Assembly (NCBI GenBank): GCA_964016885.1 | Contig: OZ024743.1 | Span: forward strand, 98,084,001-98,148,000 | Direction of reading: 5' to 3' | DNA: 64,000 nt | Source of the DNA: Eledone cirrhosa | Taxonomy: Eukaryota | Shown here: positions 11,801 through 24,918 of the stretch, one piece after another | Layout of the letters: every line of letters begins with the position of its first letter | Position numbering within the stretch: position 1 is the stretch's first letter | Program-made: the position numbers and the translations under genes | The notes under the pieces: generated by a model | Databases searched by the model: none | What the model was told of the DNA's origin: nothing | Seen by the model: the letters and a program-made list of their open reading frames with translations, nothing else

Positions 11801-12840
11801 AAGGCCAGCAGTTACCCAGTGCATTACTGGTACTTTATTTTATCGACCCCACAAGGATGAAAGGCAAAGTGAACCTTGGCGAGATTTGAACTCAGATCGT
11901 AAAGGGACTTAACTATGCTGGAAAGCATGGCGTCCGACCCTCTACCGATACTGCCGAGGAAATAATAACAAGGAGAAAGGGCAGCCTTCATGAAAAATCC
12001 CTTCATAGTACCTTCTTTGAGAAAACTGAATTCAGAGATCCACAGACATGGAACTGGTTGAAAAGAGGAGACCTTAAAAAGGCTACAGAAGGAATGTTAA
12101 TGGCTGCGCAAGAGCAGGCCCTCAAAACGAAGTGGTTGAAACACCATATTTACAAGGAGGAGGCTAGCCCACTGTGCAGGATCTGTGGAGAGAAAGAGGA
12201 GACCGTGGCTCACATTGTATCCGAGTGTAAACACCTAGCCCAGACTCACTATAAGGGCTGGAGACATGATGTGATGGGCAGGGTGATCCACTGGCACCTA
12301 TGCAAAGTAAACAATTTACCACATTCTGAGAAGTGGTATGAGCATAAGCCAGAGTCGGTGATAGAAAACGATCAGGTGACGGTGCTGTGGGATTTTAGGA
12401 TACAGACGGACAAGAAACTTGAACACAATAGACCTGACCTGGTGGTTTTGGACAAGGAAAAAAGATCGTGCCTGATTGTGGATGTGGCCTGCCCATTCGA
12501 CACGAGAGTGCAAGAGAAGGAGAGGGAGAAAATTAACCGATACCAGGACTTAAAGTGGGAGGTAAAAAGGATTTGGAACTGCCATGAAGTCAAAGTGGTC
12601 CCGATTGTCATAGGCCCACTAGGTACTATCTCAAAAGGTTTCCAGGGATGGTTAAAGAAAATTGGCCCCGCCACGCTTTTTGGAACGCTTCAAAAGGCAT
12701 GTTTGCTGGGAACAGCAAGAACCCTCCGATACGTCCTGAATATCTGAGGCTGCAGGTAGTGGCTTGATATTCATTTCAACAAACTTTCCAGTTAAGTAAC
12801 ATCAATGACTGAGACACAAAGAACAATAATAATAATAATA
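8804..12840 (+). mobile_element. R4/Dong-clade non-LTR retrotransposon, near full length, decayed single ORF (RT plus CCHC plus restriction-like endonuclease)
   Basis: ORF pieces 9178-12747: [84 protein letters not shown]; (AAT)n tail. The 5' boundary is approximate. Confidence 0.92.
11782..11955 (-). mobile_element. SINE inserted into the R4/Dong ORF
   Basis: Reverse complement of the 576-760 family; 10-bp target duplication GAGGAAATAA at 11772-11781 and 11956-11965. Confidence 0.92.
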
Positions 12841-13182
12841 ATTGTTTCTACTTTTGGCACAAGGCCAGCAAATACCCAATACATTACTGGTACTTTATTT
12901 TATCGACCCCGAAAGGAAGAAAGGCAAAGTTAACCTCGGCGGGATTTGAACTCAGACTATAACTCTAATAATATCAATCAAGTGTAATATGCCGAAAAAT
13001 AAAGACGATATATATATAAGATTGGCGCTTGCCTTTAAAGCTAGTTGGTGAAAGTAATAGACCTATTTCGATATAGTTAGTTTTCCTTAGCGAAGTATAT
13101 TCTCAGCGAAGTATGAACTCAGTCCGTAAAGGGACGTAACTATGCTGGAAAGCATGGCGTCCGACTCTCTACCGATACTGCC
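12841..13182 (-). mobile_element. SINE in (AAT)n, split by a 158-bp insertion
   Basis: 3' part 12841-12955 and 5' part 13114-13182; TGAACTCAG duplicated around the insert. Confidence 0.85.
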
Positions 13183-13183
13183 A

Positions 13184-13220
<37 letters not shown>

Positions 13221-13223
<3 letters not shown>

Positions 13224-14142
13224 CTTTCTTTATTAACCACAAGGGTTTACACAATGTAGACATTAAGGACAGTACAGGACAATACAGGACGGTACAAAAG
13301 GGCCTTTCTGCGTGTAAAAAAACACAAAAAAACAGAGGATGTAATAATAGAACAATGAAAAAATTCCCCAATAGGGGGGGGGAGACTTCCGAGGGACATT
13401 CGTGGAGAAAGCCCATTAAAAAGCCACAGTCACCCTGACCACCAGGGCAAGTGCCCTCTCCCAGTTTTCCACCTTTAATTTACAGACACATACTCAGAGT
13501 AGGCCCATTCACTCGGGCCATTCTTGCCTCTCTCACCCATCTTTCAACAAAATGCTGGGAAGAGAGCACTTCCCTCTCTACCCTGATTTTCCTTTTCAAA
13601 TGAAATTTGAAAAAGTTAATCAGGGTATCACCGAAGAGGTAAGTGTTCGTCTTCAGCCCTTTCAAACGTGTCCACCATACTATCTCTTTCGCCATGGCCA
13701 CCAGTCAGATAAAAACTGCCTGCCCTTCCCGGCTAAAGGAAGAGGGCGGGGCAATCCTCACGATGGACTCAGCTGATAGCTGGATCCGTCCTACACGTGA
13801 CAGCAGGTGTTCGTCATAAACCCACAAGTCAGCAATGCTCGAAAACTGGACGAGTGCGTGCAGGACGGTTTCATCGCCCTGCGCGCATCTCGGACATGCT
13901 CGGCTGACGGCACCTCCATGCCTGTAGAGTTTATCCCGAACTGGCAAAGCTCCTGGGTAGCACTGCCAGGCCAGAGATTTCTGGAAGTTGTCCATAGGCC
14001 CGGCCCGAAAGTTCTTCCAAAGAGATTGGCTAGTTGATTTTCGTCGACGCCTAGAGTTTCCCCAAGTACGTCGTCGCTCTTCCCCTCCACTAATCCTCTA
14101 TAGAACGCCAAGGTGGAGTTTCAACCGATCACATTGCTCGAT

Positions 14143-14146
<4 letters not shown>
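13221..14146 (-). mobile_element. Tx1/L1-like LINE, 5'-truncated copy
   Basis: C-terminal LPVRDKL..CPRC...ETVLHAL zinc motif; 3' end CCCTTGTGGTTAATAAAGAAAGCA then (TTA)n; flanked by AAT repeats. Confidence 0.85.
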
Positions 14147-14190
<44 letters not shown>

Positions 14191-14191
<1 letters not shown>

Positions 14192-17100
14192 GGTTTCTTT
14201 ATTGGCCACAAGGGCTGACACGAAGAAAAACATTAGAGACGGCACAGAACAGTACAGGACGATACAAAGTGGGTTTTGGTCGTGTAAACAGGTTATAACA
14301 AAATCGGGCTAGAAATCCAAAGAATAATTCAAACAAAAATTCCCCAAGAAGGGGGAAACCTCCGAGGGTCACTCGTGGTGAAAACCACACAAAAGACCAC
14401 GGCCACCCTGACCACCGGGGCAAGCGCCCTCTATCACTTTTCCCACTCCTCAGTCTACAGGCGTATACTCAGAGCGGGCCCGTTGTCTCGGACCAGACTC
14501 GCCACTTACACCCACCCTTCAACAAACTTATTAGAAGACAGCACTTGCCTCTCCACCCTGATTTTCCTCTTCAAGTGAAACTTGAAAAAGTTAATCAGGG
14601 ATTGGCCGCAGAGGAAAGTGTACGTCTGCAACCCTTTCAATATTGTCCACCACACAATCTCTTTCGCCATGGCCACCAGTCAGATGAAAACTGCCTGCCC
14701 TTCCTCCTCTTTAAAGGAGGATGGCGGGGCTATCTGCACAATGGACTCAATCGATAACCCGATCTGTCCTATACGCGACAGCAGCTGTTAGACATAGCTC
14801 CACTAGTCAGCAATCCTCGAGCACTGAACGAGTGCGTGCAGGACGGTTTCGTCGCCCTGCGCGCATCTCGGACAGGCTCGGCTGACAGCACCTCCGTGCC
14901 TGTAGAGCTTATCCCGAACCGGCAACGCTCCCCGGTAGCACTGCCAGGCCAGGGATTTCTGGAAGTTGTCCATAGGCCCCGGTCTGAAAGTTCTCTTGAA
15001 GAGAGCGAACAGCTGATCCACTTCGACGCCCAGTGTCTCTCCGAGAACGTCGTCGCTCTTTCCCTCCACTATCCCTCTATAGAACGCCGAGGTGGATGTT
15101 CCACCGATACTAGTGCCCAGCCGGTAGAGGGCGGTGAGCGCTTGGAGACATTCCAATTTCTAAGCGCTATCCCTCGGTATTTTCCTGATCCAGGACTGCA
15201 GCTCCGTCAAGGAGACGAGCTGGGGAAAAGCGCGTCTGGCAAACAACGACCACACCTGTTCACCCTCAAGGAAGCACCAGAGATGTGGCAGCCTCTGCGC
15301 ATATTTGCGCATCAATAACCACGGCATGCTCAGTCCTCCACGCAACGAGTCTGACCATGGGAGCACGTCCCTTCCTCAAAAAGCGGAAGAGAAGGCGCTC
15401 CATTTTGGTCAGAGTTGGGCGGGGGCAGGGTACGACGGTCAGGCGGTAGCAGATGACGGACGCTATGTACGCATTCGCCACCTCGGCCCGACCTTTCAGA
15501 GACAGCCTCCTCTCGGCCCATTTCTGGGTGAAAGAGGCCACCTTGCTCGTCACCTCGCTCCAGTTTTTCTCCATCTGGAGATCCGGACGGAACCAGACCC
15601 CGAGCAATTTAACCGGTACTTCCGTCCAGCGCCCCACGACGCTGTCGGACGGCATGGACTTGCCTCTGCAAGTGCCGAGTTTCAAACCCACCGACTTTTC
15701 CTGGTTTACTTTTGCTCCTGTCACCGCTTCGTATTCCTTGAGAGCGGTGCCGAGCATCTGAACGTTTTTGGTGCTCGACACCACCATGGTGACGTCGTCG
15801 GCGTAAGCTGACACGGATCTCCCGCATCCCAGTTCGTGTGGGACCCCCTTCATCGTCTCCAATTTGTGCAGTAACGGCTCTAGGGCCAGTACATACAAGA
15901 GGGACAAGAGGAGGCACACTCTCGGACCGAGCACATGATGCTGAAAGGCTGGTGACCATTCACCCTCACAATCGAGCAGATGTCGTTGTGCATCGCAGTG
16001 ATTCAGCCCATAAAAACGGGCCGGAAGCCGGCTGCTTCGAGCACCGCAGCCAGGTACCGATGTTCGACCCTATCAAATACTTTAGATTGATCCAAGTTGA
16101 TCAGGGCCCACCCGTGCCAGGTTTCTTAACCACCCTCTCTATGATGTAGCGCATGAGATGGAGGTTGTCGTGGATGGAACTGTCCGGGATGGCGCATGTC
16201 TGCGCCTCTCCCACCAGATCACCGATGACAAGCGCCAGTCTCTTTGCTAACACCTTGGCCAAAATCTTAAACTCTGCGTTTAGCAGAATTATGGGCCTGA
16301 AGTTGTCTATAACGTCCCCTTTATTCGGGTCTTTTCTCAGCAACGCCACCGCTCCCCGGCTCACAAAACTGGGAATGCTCCCATTCTACTGCCAGTTGCA
16401 GTAGACATCTGCCAAACAAGTCTTGCATATGCGCATAAAGCTCTTAGGGCAGACCATCCAAACCTGGCGATTTACCCGTCGTGCAGTCAGACATCGCTTC
16501 CCGTATTTCACCTGCTGTTATCGGCTTTTCACAGCACTGCGGTCGTCGAGAGTCGCGGCAGTCCGTCGAGGTATGCACCAAAGTCCATACTCCGATCCGG
16601 CCCGCCTCCGCTCCCGAACAATTGAGCAAACTGCTGCTGAAAAGCCGCACACATCTGCTCGGATTCGAGCAACATGCGCCCGTTTTGATCAGGCAAAGAC
16701 CGAATTGTGGACTTGTTGTCACATCGCTCCCCCACCACCCGGGCCCATTGAACGCCTTTCGTCCCCTCGTACTCTAGCTCTGACAACGCAGCCTTCATGC
16801 TTTGCGTTGAAGAATTGGTCGAGTGCCAATCTCGCCGCAAGCACGTCGGTTGCGATGCCTGTCCTAAACGCCTCTTCTAGCTTTCTAACTAACTCTCCCT
16901 CTACTCTATTTTCCTCTATCACTACTCCTTTACTAAACCTTATAGATTCTACTCTAATAGCCCTTTTCAGGGTAAACCACCAGCTGTTGTTGACGATCGC
17001 ACCCGTCAACGCACGCTTAACTAATTCGCTAATCCGGTCTCTGTAAGCTTTGCGCGCCGAGAACGACGCGTTCATCTTCCAGTAGCGGAGCCCTTGCCTA

Positions 17101-17690
17101 TGGAGTCTATCTAAGTCAACTTCACAGATCACAAATTTGTGGTCCGTGTAGTCGACTACTTTAGATCGTGGACAACCTACACTAGCCTTATCTGTTTCCC
17201 TACAGAATACCCTATCTAAATACGATATGGATGACCCGATGCGGTTTGCCCATGTCCACATTGGCACATTCGAAATAATCCAATCTATACCTGTCAGAGA
17301 GTTCAAAACGTCTGAGCAGGTTGTTGAGGCTTTTACACCCTCCTGCCCTGTCTACTAGACCCACATAATCACAGCGTGCATAAAAGATACCGTTCCAGTC
17401 GCCCACTAACACTAAAGAGCGGGACGTTCCAAAAGAGGTCTCTAGACGTCTGAAGAAATCTGGCTGTCCTGCCCCTTTTGGAGCGTAGACGGCTACTAGC
17501 CTGAAAGCATTGCTTTCGCTGCCGGTCACGTCCAGCACCAACGACTTACCTTCTGGGTCCAGGAAGATGGCCCGTATGGCGAGATCCAAGCCTCTCCGAA
17601 AAAGCACGGCAACCCCTCCTCCCGATCCTGGACGGTGTGAAGGCTCGTGCTTCGGAGATTCTGGTCTCGCTGATGGCCACCACATCTATG
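14191..17690 (-). mobile_element. Tx1/L1-like LINE ORF2 (APE endonuclease plus RT plus zinc motif), decayed
   Basis: GGGVAVL, VAVYAP, LVGDWN, YLDRVF, DHK (APE); KSPGLDGLP, FRPIILLNAEFKILAK, AYADD (RT); CPRC..H..C; (TTA)n tail. Confidence 0.92.
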
Positions 17691-17714
17691 TTTAGTGACC
17701 TGAGGTTGTTGAGG

Positions 17715-17828
17715 TTTTGAAAAGCAGAAGAACTTCGAAACCGGTAAAGGTACCAAGTAAAATATATATATATATATTTTTTTAAATAAGACTACAGTTG
17801 CATTTTCGATTTCATCTTTTTTCTTTAT
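17715..17828 (+). mobile_element. Fragment of the Neptune-like PLE terminal repeat
   Basis: Matches 24644-24754 (AAGCAGAAGAAC..GAAACCGGTAAAGG...TTGCATTTTCGATTTCATC). Confidence 0.8.
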
Positions 17829-18440
17829 ATATAGAATAAGGAAAAGCGAAGTAGTTTCAGATGTTCAAGTCTTTTAACAAAACAAAGATAAACCCCTATT
17901 TTCCTGCACCAAATCGCATTTTAACAGAAGCCCCCTCAATTCAATCTATACATGGACAAATTGACAATCATATTGATCATCTATCTCATTTTGCATATAT
18001 GTACTCTATGTGTTTTTGCATTTATTCATTAATTGTTTTTTTTCTTTTGTGTACGTTATATCGTTTTTTTTTGTTCTGTTCCATGTGATGGAAATTCTAG
18101 CTATGTACCCGACTAAATGCTACCTTTCATACCGTAATTTACCCTCCGTTGTACTCTACGGTACTATCGTTCAGTATATAGATAATATAACCGTAACATT
18201 AATACCCATTTCAAAACTTCTTACTTAAACATCTCTCTGCATATTATTTACTCACTTCAATCTATATTTTTTTTACGCGCCTCAATCCAGATTCCCACTT
18301 GAAAAGTATTAATTTTTAATTGTTAATTTTTAATTTCTAATTTTTGATATTTAATATTTGTTTTCTGATTTTGGATTTTAAATTTTAATTCCCAACTCTC
18401 ATTCATAACTTCCACCGTGAAACCATGATACATAGATAAA

Positions 18441-18820
18441 AGTATATTTGCGTATATGTGACCAGAAATACGTATATAATATGAGTTGAAAAAGAAATTG
18501 TATGATAATATGTTTGTTTTCTTTTCTCTAGTGTTAATTGATTACTTTCTCTTTGATTTAAAATTTTTTTCATTCTCATATATTGTTTCATTTTTTTACA
18601 TATATCGAGGATGACACTTCTTTTTACTATTACACTCCCTTCCCTCTTTATCTTCCGCATATAAGTGACCGAGCGTGTGTGTGTGTGTTTATACGCGTGC
18701 TTTCATACTCGTATGTGTATTTAATACCTGTATCTGGATGCGTGTTAACTATATTATCATACAATTTTTTTTCAACTCATATTATATACGTATTTGTGGT
18801 CACATATACACAAATATACT
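18441..18820. repeat. Inverted repeat, ~70-bp arms with 240-bp spacer
   Basis: 18441-18511 is the approximate reverse complement of 18751-18820. Confidence 0.75.
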
Positions 18821-19037
18821 TGCCCTCATATATGTACTTACGCACACATTTTCACCATACACATGCATTTGTACATACACACATATGTACATTTGTGAGT
18901 GTATATACATACATATCCTAACTATATTTCCTTTTTTTTTTATATATCTCTTGCATTACTTTTATTTATATATTTTTTGCGCGTTAAACTCTTGCATTTC
19001 TTGAGGAGACTTTTCAAATATTTCACTATGTTTTAAA

Positions 19038-19111
19038 TTGCCTTGTCCGACAAACCAATGAGGACGTTTTTCGTATTCGTCTTATTCAGGAAACCTCTGG
19101 TAATGAGGTAA
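19038..19111 (+). ncRNA. Degenerate hammerhead relic
   Basis: Stem I TTGCCTTGT/ATGAGGTAA, core CCGACAA (two changes from CTGACGA), stem II AATGAGGACG/CGTCTTATT, GAAA-CCTCTGG-TA. Confidence 0.45.
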
Positions 19112-19212
19112 TTATATTGTATTGTTTATTATACATTAAATTTTGCTCTGGTACTTACATAGAGCACTCTTCACTCCTATGACTTTTTCAATTTTCAACG
19201 GAAACTTCAGTA

Positions 19213-19269
<57 letters not shown>

Positions 19270-19270
<1 letters not shown>

Positions 19271-21137
19271 TGTATATGTATAATAAAGCCAAAACAATGC
19301 AGGTATGGGCATAGAATAGAGAATGCAAATGCAAAAGATATTGTTGACAATTAGTTTTTTACCTTAGATTTATTTAAATGTCCTTAATTTTCGAGATAAT
19401 ATCTCTTCTTCAGAGGGAAGTAAATCTGTTAAACCTGTGTTCTAAATAGCTTGCCAAGTCATGCTGACAGGAAATGGTATAGAGTATCTGTTCTATCTCT
19501 AATGTCAAAGAGTTAAGATTAGGTGGATAAAGAGTAGTCTCCCTTTAAAAGGTTTTTTTTTGGTTTTTTTGTACATGCCTGTTTAAGTGTGTGGGAGAAT
19601 GCATGGAGGTGTAAGTATGTGAGTGTGTGTGTGTGAGTGTGAGAAGATATGTCTATACGTAAATGTAGGGCATAGATGTTATCTCGTGTTAGAACTGGTT
19701 TTGTGTGTGTATGTGTGAGAGAGAATAAGTGGAGGTGTAAGCGTGTGTGTGTGTGCGTGTGTGTGGGATGTGTGGAAATATGGGGCTAGAAGCTCTATCA
19801 AGTTATAAATTGGGTGTTGAGTTCAAGTCTATTATTGATTGGTGGTTGTGTTTTGTCTATAATTAGTGCTTCCTTAATTCTAAGATTGCCGAGGTTTCTT
19901 TCCTTAGTTTCTATCCTAACTGTTATGGTTTTGTCGGTGTTTTTGCATTTAACTAGGTGATTCTTAAATGAGGAAGCGTTAGTATTGAGGTGTTCTTTTA
20001 TTCTTATGTGGAGTGGTCTGGTGGTGCTACCTACGTAGAAGTTGTTGCATTTGTCACACTCTAGTCTGTATACGACGTAAGCCTGGTGGCATAGGTCTGT
20101 GTCGTTGATGGGGCAGTTGGTTAGTCTGCAGCAGTTGTCATGTCTGGTGGAGTGTCTTTTGGTTAGCTGTCCGCGTAGAGAAGGACCTGAGTGGGCCAAT
20201 TGGATATCTAGTCCCTCTCGTCTGATAGCTCTGCGGATGGCTGTTGTTGTTTCTTCACTGAAGTGTTAGTGCCTCGGGTGTGGTATCTTCTGTTCTTTCT
20301 GGCACGGTTTGTGGTGGATGTCGTGTATCCGTTCAGTTTGAGTACTTCCAGGAAATGTGTGGTGTGTGTGACTCGGTCTCTAGCGTCGGTGCATTTGTTC
20401 CGGATACGTGTTAGTTCGTTCCTTGTGTATCCGAACTTAGCGCCGGCTGGGAGGGCCGATCTGAAATGTACGAACAGGTCCCTGCTGGCGGCTTTTTTAT
20501 AGAAGCAGGTGTGGATGTTGCCTTCCTCTGTTACCCTGAGTTGGAAGTCCAGTAGGGATAGGGATCCGCGGTCATCGGGGTGTTCCATGCTGAACTTTAT
20601 ACTGGCGTCCATGCTGGAGAATGTTGTGTATATTTTATCGGCCTCCTCACGGGATGATGTAAGGATGAGTATGTCATCTACATATCGGGTGAAGAAGGTA
20701 TGGGAATGGCAGGTGTTGAGGGCTCGGCATTCTAGCTGGTTCATGTAGGTGATGACCAGCAGGCCCGATAGGCTGGATCCCATGGGTAATCCTGTTGTCT
20801 GTCTGTATGTGTGGTGGTGGAAGGTGAAGTACGTGTTGTCTACTGTGAAGGACAAAAGCTGGTGTATGTCCGTCGGGTGGAGGCCGTAGCAGTGGATGTC
20901 CTCTGCGACCACGCAGTCCGTCAATAAATCGACAGCTGGATGAGCGGGGACTGTAGTGTAGAGGGAGACAACGTCGAGGCTAAAGGCGTATCTATTTAGT
21001 TTAAGTTGTTCTGGCTGGAGTTGGTGTAGTCTACGTATAACTTCGTCGGAGCTACTGACATGCCCGGGAAAGGTGGAGAGTAGTGGCTTGAGGACCTGGG
21101 AGAGGAGCCAGGAAATTTTGTATAGGGGTCCTTCTAT
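19270..21137 (-). mobile_element. Penelope-like retroelement (Poseidon/Penelope-type), 5'-truncated; RT plus GIY-YIG
   Basis: FSLDVVSLYTTVP (~20990), GLPMGSSLSG and TRYVDDIL (20208-20924), VVYRLECDKC..YVGSTTRPLHIRIKEH (19798-20199); CTGAAGA..GAAA motif on minus at 19381-19417. Confidence 0.88.
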
Positions 21138-21366
21138 GCTATATATATATTGGTAAAAGGAAAGAAAATGCTGACAAATTGTTCCCAGTGAAAAATAGTT
21201 TAATTAGGAATAAGTAAAAATTAGTAATAAGTATTGGTTAGTATTCAGTTTTGGTTTTAAGATTTTACCGGTTGCGCATTTCTAATGGTTTTCAAAAATA
21301 ATTTTGAGATAGAGCGCCCGTGATGTTTGCTCTAATCTGTTACACCTCTATTCTTTTAAATTACAT

Positions 21367-21416
<50 letters not shown>

Positions 21417-21421
<5 letters not shown>

Positions 21422-23718
21422 GATGAAATCGAAAATGCAACTGGAGTCTTATTTTTTTTTTAAATATATATATTTATTTGGTTCCTTTACCGGTTTCGCA
21501 GTTCTTCTGCTTTTCAAAAGTAAATTTGAGATGGAGGGTCTGTGGTTTTTCTCACATCTGGTAGGTCTCTGAATGTTACTTGTTTTATATGGAAAAAGTG
21601 GCTCGAAATGCCAGGTTTTTCGAGAAGTAATTTGAGTGGTTGGTCAATAATTATAATAAATTTCGCGCCAGTTCGCGTTACAATAGTTCTTCAAATAAGA
21701 GGGGGGGTTGTCACAGGTTGTTTTTTTCATATATGAGTGTTTGAATTTCTTTTTACTTGAAAAAAGGGGCTCACGAAGGCTTTTTTTTTTTAAGAGCCTT
21801 GTAAGAGACGATCTGGACCTCTTAAACCACCTCCCCAAACATGTCAACAACGACACTATTATTGTGTCTTTCGATGTAGTGAATCTCTACACAACGATCC
21901 CACACCAATACGGACTAGAAGCAATAGGATTCTAGCTAGAGAAATATCCCAATGAGATACCTGACAGAACAGAAAAAAGTTTCATCACCGAGGGATTAAA
22001 ATTGATCTTACAGAACAACTTTTTTGATTTCGATGGCAGTACTTACATGCAAATATCGGGGACTGCGATGGGTACAAAATCCGCTCCAAATTATGCCAAC
22101 TTAGTCATGGCATACTTAGAAGTCCAGATATATGAACAGTCCAAATCAAAATACGGATTGAACTTCCACAAATATTTATCAGAGAATTTGAAACGCTACT
22201 TGGATGATTATCTCATTCTTTGGTCCCACACACTAGACCAACTGAAGGATTTCAAAAACTTAATAAACGGCATCAATAACCACATCCAATTTACAATGGA
22301 ATACAGCCAAGATCAACTCCCATTTCTGGACATCTTAATCTTAAAAAAAGACACAAATATCGAAACTGACATACACTACAAACCAACAGATTCCAAACAA
22401 TACCTGTTATTCACCTCCAACCATCCAAAGCACACGAAGACGAACATTCCTTTTAACCTAGCATGAAGAATTTGCACAATTGTCTCCAATTATGAAACGC
22501 GAAATAAAAGACTTCAAGAATTAAAGGAAATTCTACTCGAGAGAGAGTACCCACTATTACTAATAAATAATGGAATAGAAAGGGCTAAAGCAATAGGCAT
22601 TGATGAATTACGAAAACAGAAACAAATTCAAGGTACGTCCAATATTCTATCATATATCTCAACACGCAACCCAAGAAATGCGGAAGCTTACAACACTATT
22701 CACAAGAACATCCCACTACTAAAACAAAACCCAAGAATGAAAAAAGCCCTTGAAATACACAAAATAATCAAAAGCAAAAGACAACCAAAATCACTGAAAA
22801 CATTACTCACCAATGCCAAATTAGCTACCACAAACCTACAACCAAGTATCAAAAAATGTGGTCGCTCTAATTGTGGAACCTGCACTCATCTCATTGAAGG
22901 CAACACGTATACATTTAAATCAGGACAAAATTTTACTGTAAAAAATCACTTCACTTGCTCATCAAAAAATCTAATTTATGCCATTAAATGTAAAAGATGC
23001 AATGAAGATTATATAGGACAAACTAAACTCCCACTCAGAAACAGAATGACAGTTCATTGCCAACAATTACGAGATCCAACCACGAGACAGATACCACTAA
23101 GCGCACATCTAGACATTTGCGCAAGTAATAAGACACCCAAATTCCAAGTCTTCCCATTTTACCTTTGCGCTAACAATACAACAGAACAAATACGAATAAA
23201 TAAGGAAAATATGTTTATTCAAAAATATAGACCAGCATTAAATATGGTTTAATATACATTATGTCAACACCATAAAATGCTAACCATCCAAACAGACACA
23301 TACACACACACATAACACCTGCTACTTTAGAAAATAAAAACCCGAACTAAATAAACCTTAACATACGTTTGTGCTGACAATACAACAGAACAAATACGAA
23401 TAAGTAAGGAAAAAATGTTCATTCAAAAATATTCCTACTAAAGGAATCATTTTCCTACACACACACAATATATATATATATTTATTCTCTTCATCTTAAC
23501 ATGCGAACCATACTCCCACACACATAACAACCCTCACACCCACAACTCCCTCCCCCATTTCTACTAATAGAACCACTTTCCTACACACATATATACACAC
23601 ACACAAAATATATATTCTTTCCATCTTAACATACTCGCACACACACACATAACACCCATATACACACACACACAACTCCCTCCCCCATTTCTACTAATAG
23701 AATCATCTTCCAATACAC

Positions 23719-23776
<58 letters not shown>

Positions 23777-24817
23777 GCACATAAACATACATATCTTTAC
23801 TTCAATAGAAAATCTGAACTCTGACACCCCAGCGAACTAACCATATTCACTGAACCAGAACAATTCTCCCATCCCATTTCTCTTGACCACTATCGTTTGC
23901 TTGTCATAACATTCTCTAAAAAGGCTACAGAATAGATTTCCAAATAAGAGCGCGAAAATTTAATGAAAACTTGTTCACGTGACAGCCATAATTTCATTTA
24001 TAACCAATCAAATTACGTTTATTAAAAAAAACCTTCGTGAGCCACCCTTTTTTTAAAGTAAAAAGAAATTCAAACACACACACACAACACACACACACAC
24101 GCACACACACACAAGCACACAAATAAACATACATATCTTTACTTTCTTTATTCAATAGAAAATCTGAATTCTGACACCCCAGCGAACTAACCATATTCAC
24201 TGAACCAGAACAATTCTCCCATCCCATTTCTCTTGACCATTATCTTTTACTTATCATAAAATTCTCTAAAAAAGCTACAGAATGGATTTCCAAATAAGGG
24301 CGCGAAAATTTAATGAAAACTTGTTCACGTGACAGCCATAATTTCATTTATAACCAATCAAATTACGCTTATTTTTTAAAAAAAAGCCTTCGTGAGCCCC
24401 TTTTTTCAAATTCAAACACTCATATATGAAAAAACAACCTGTGACAACCCCCCCCCCCCCTCTTATTTGAAGAACTATTGTAACGCGAACTGGCGAACTG
24501 GCGCGAAATTTATTATAATTATTGACCAACCAATCAAATTACTTCTCCGAAAAACCTGGCATTTCGAGCCACTTTTTCCATATAAAACAAGTAACATTCA
24601 ACCAGATGTGAGAAAAACCACAGACCCTCCATCTCAACTCTACTTTTGAAAAGCAGAAGAACTGCGAAACCGGTAAAGGAACCAAATAAATATATATATT
24701 TTTTTTTTAAATAAGACTCCAGTTGCATTTTCGATTTCATCTTTTTTTCTTTATACTTTCACTCGTGTAGGACACCTCGGTTATTTTTCATTTTGTAAAA
24801 AAAAACTCACTTTCTAA
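21417..24817 (+). mobile_element. Neptune-like PLE with inverted 5' copy of its terminal repeat
   Basis: RT 21800-22466 (SFDVVNLYTTIP, GTAMGT, RYLDD, YKPTD); CGRSNCGTC linker and GIY-YIG 22737-23252; 21417-21792 inverted to 24378-24749; internal ~345-bp tandem duplication at 23790 and 24131; (TA)n flanks. Confidence 0.92.
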
Positions 24818-24859
24818 TATATATATATATATATGTATATGTATATATATATATGTATG

Positions 24860-24912
<53 letters not shown>

Positions 24913-24918
24913 TATTCT

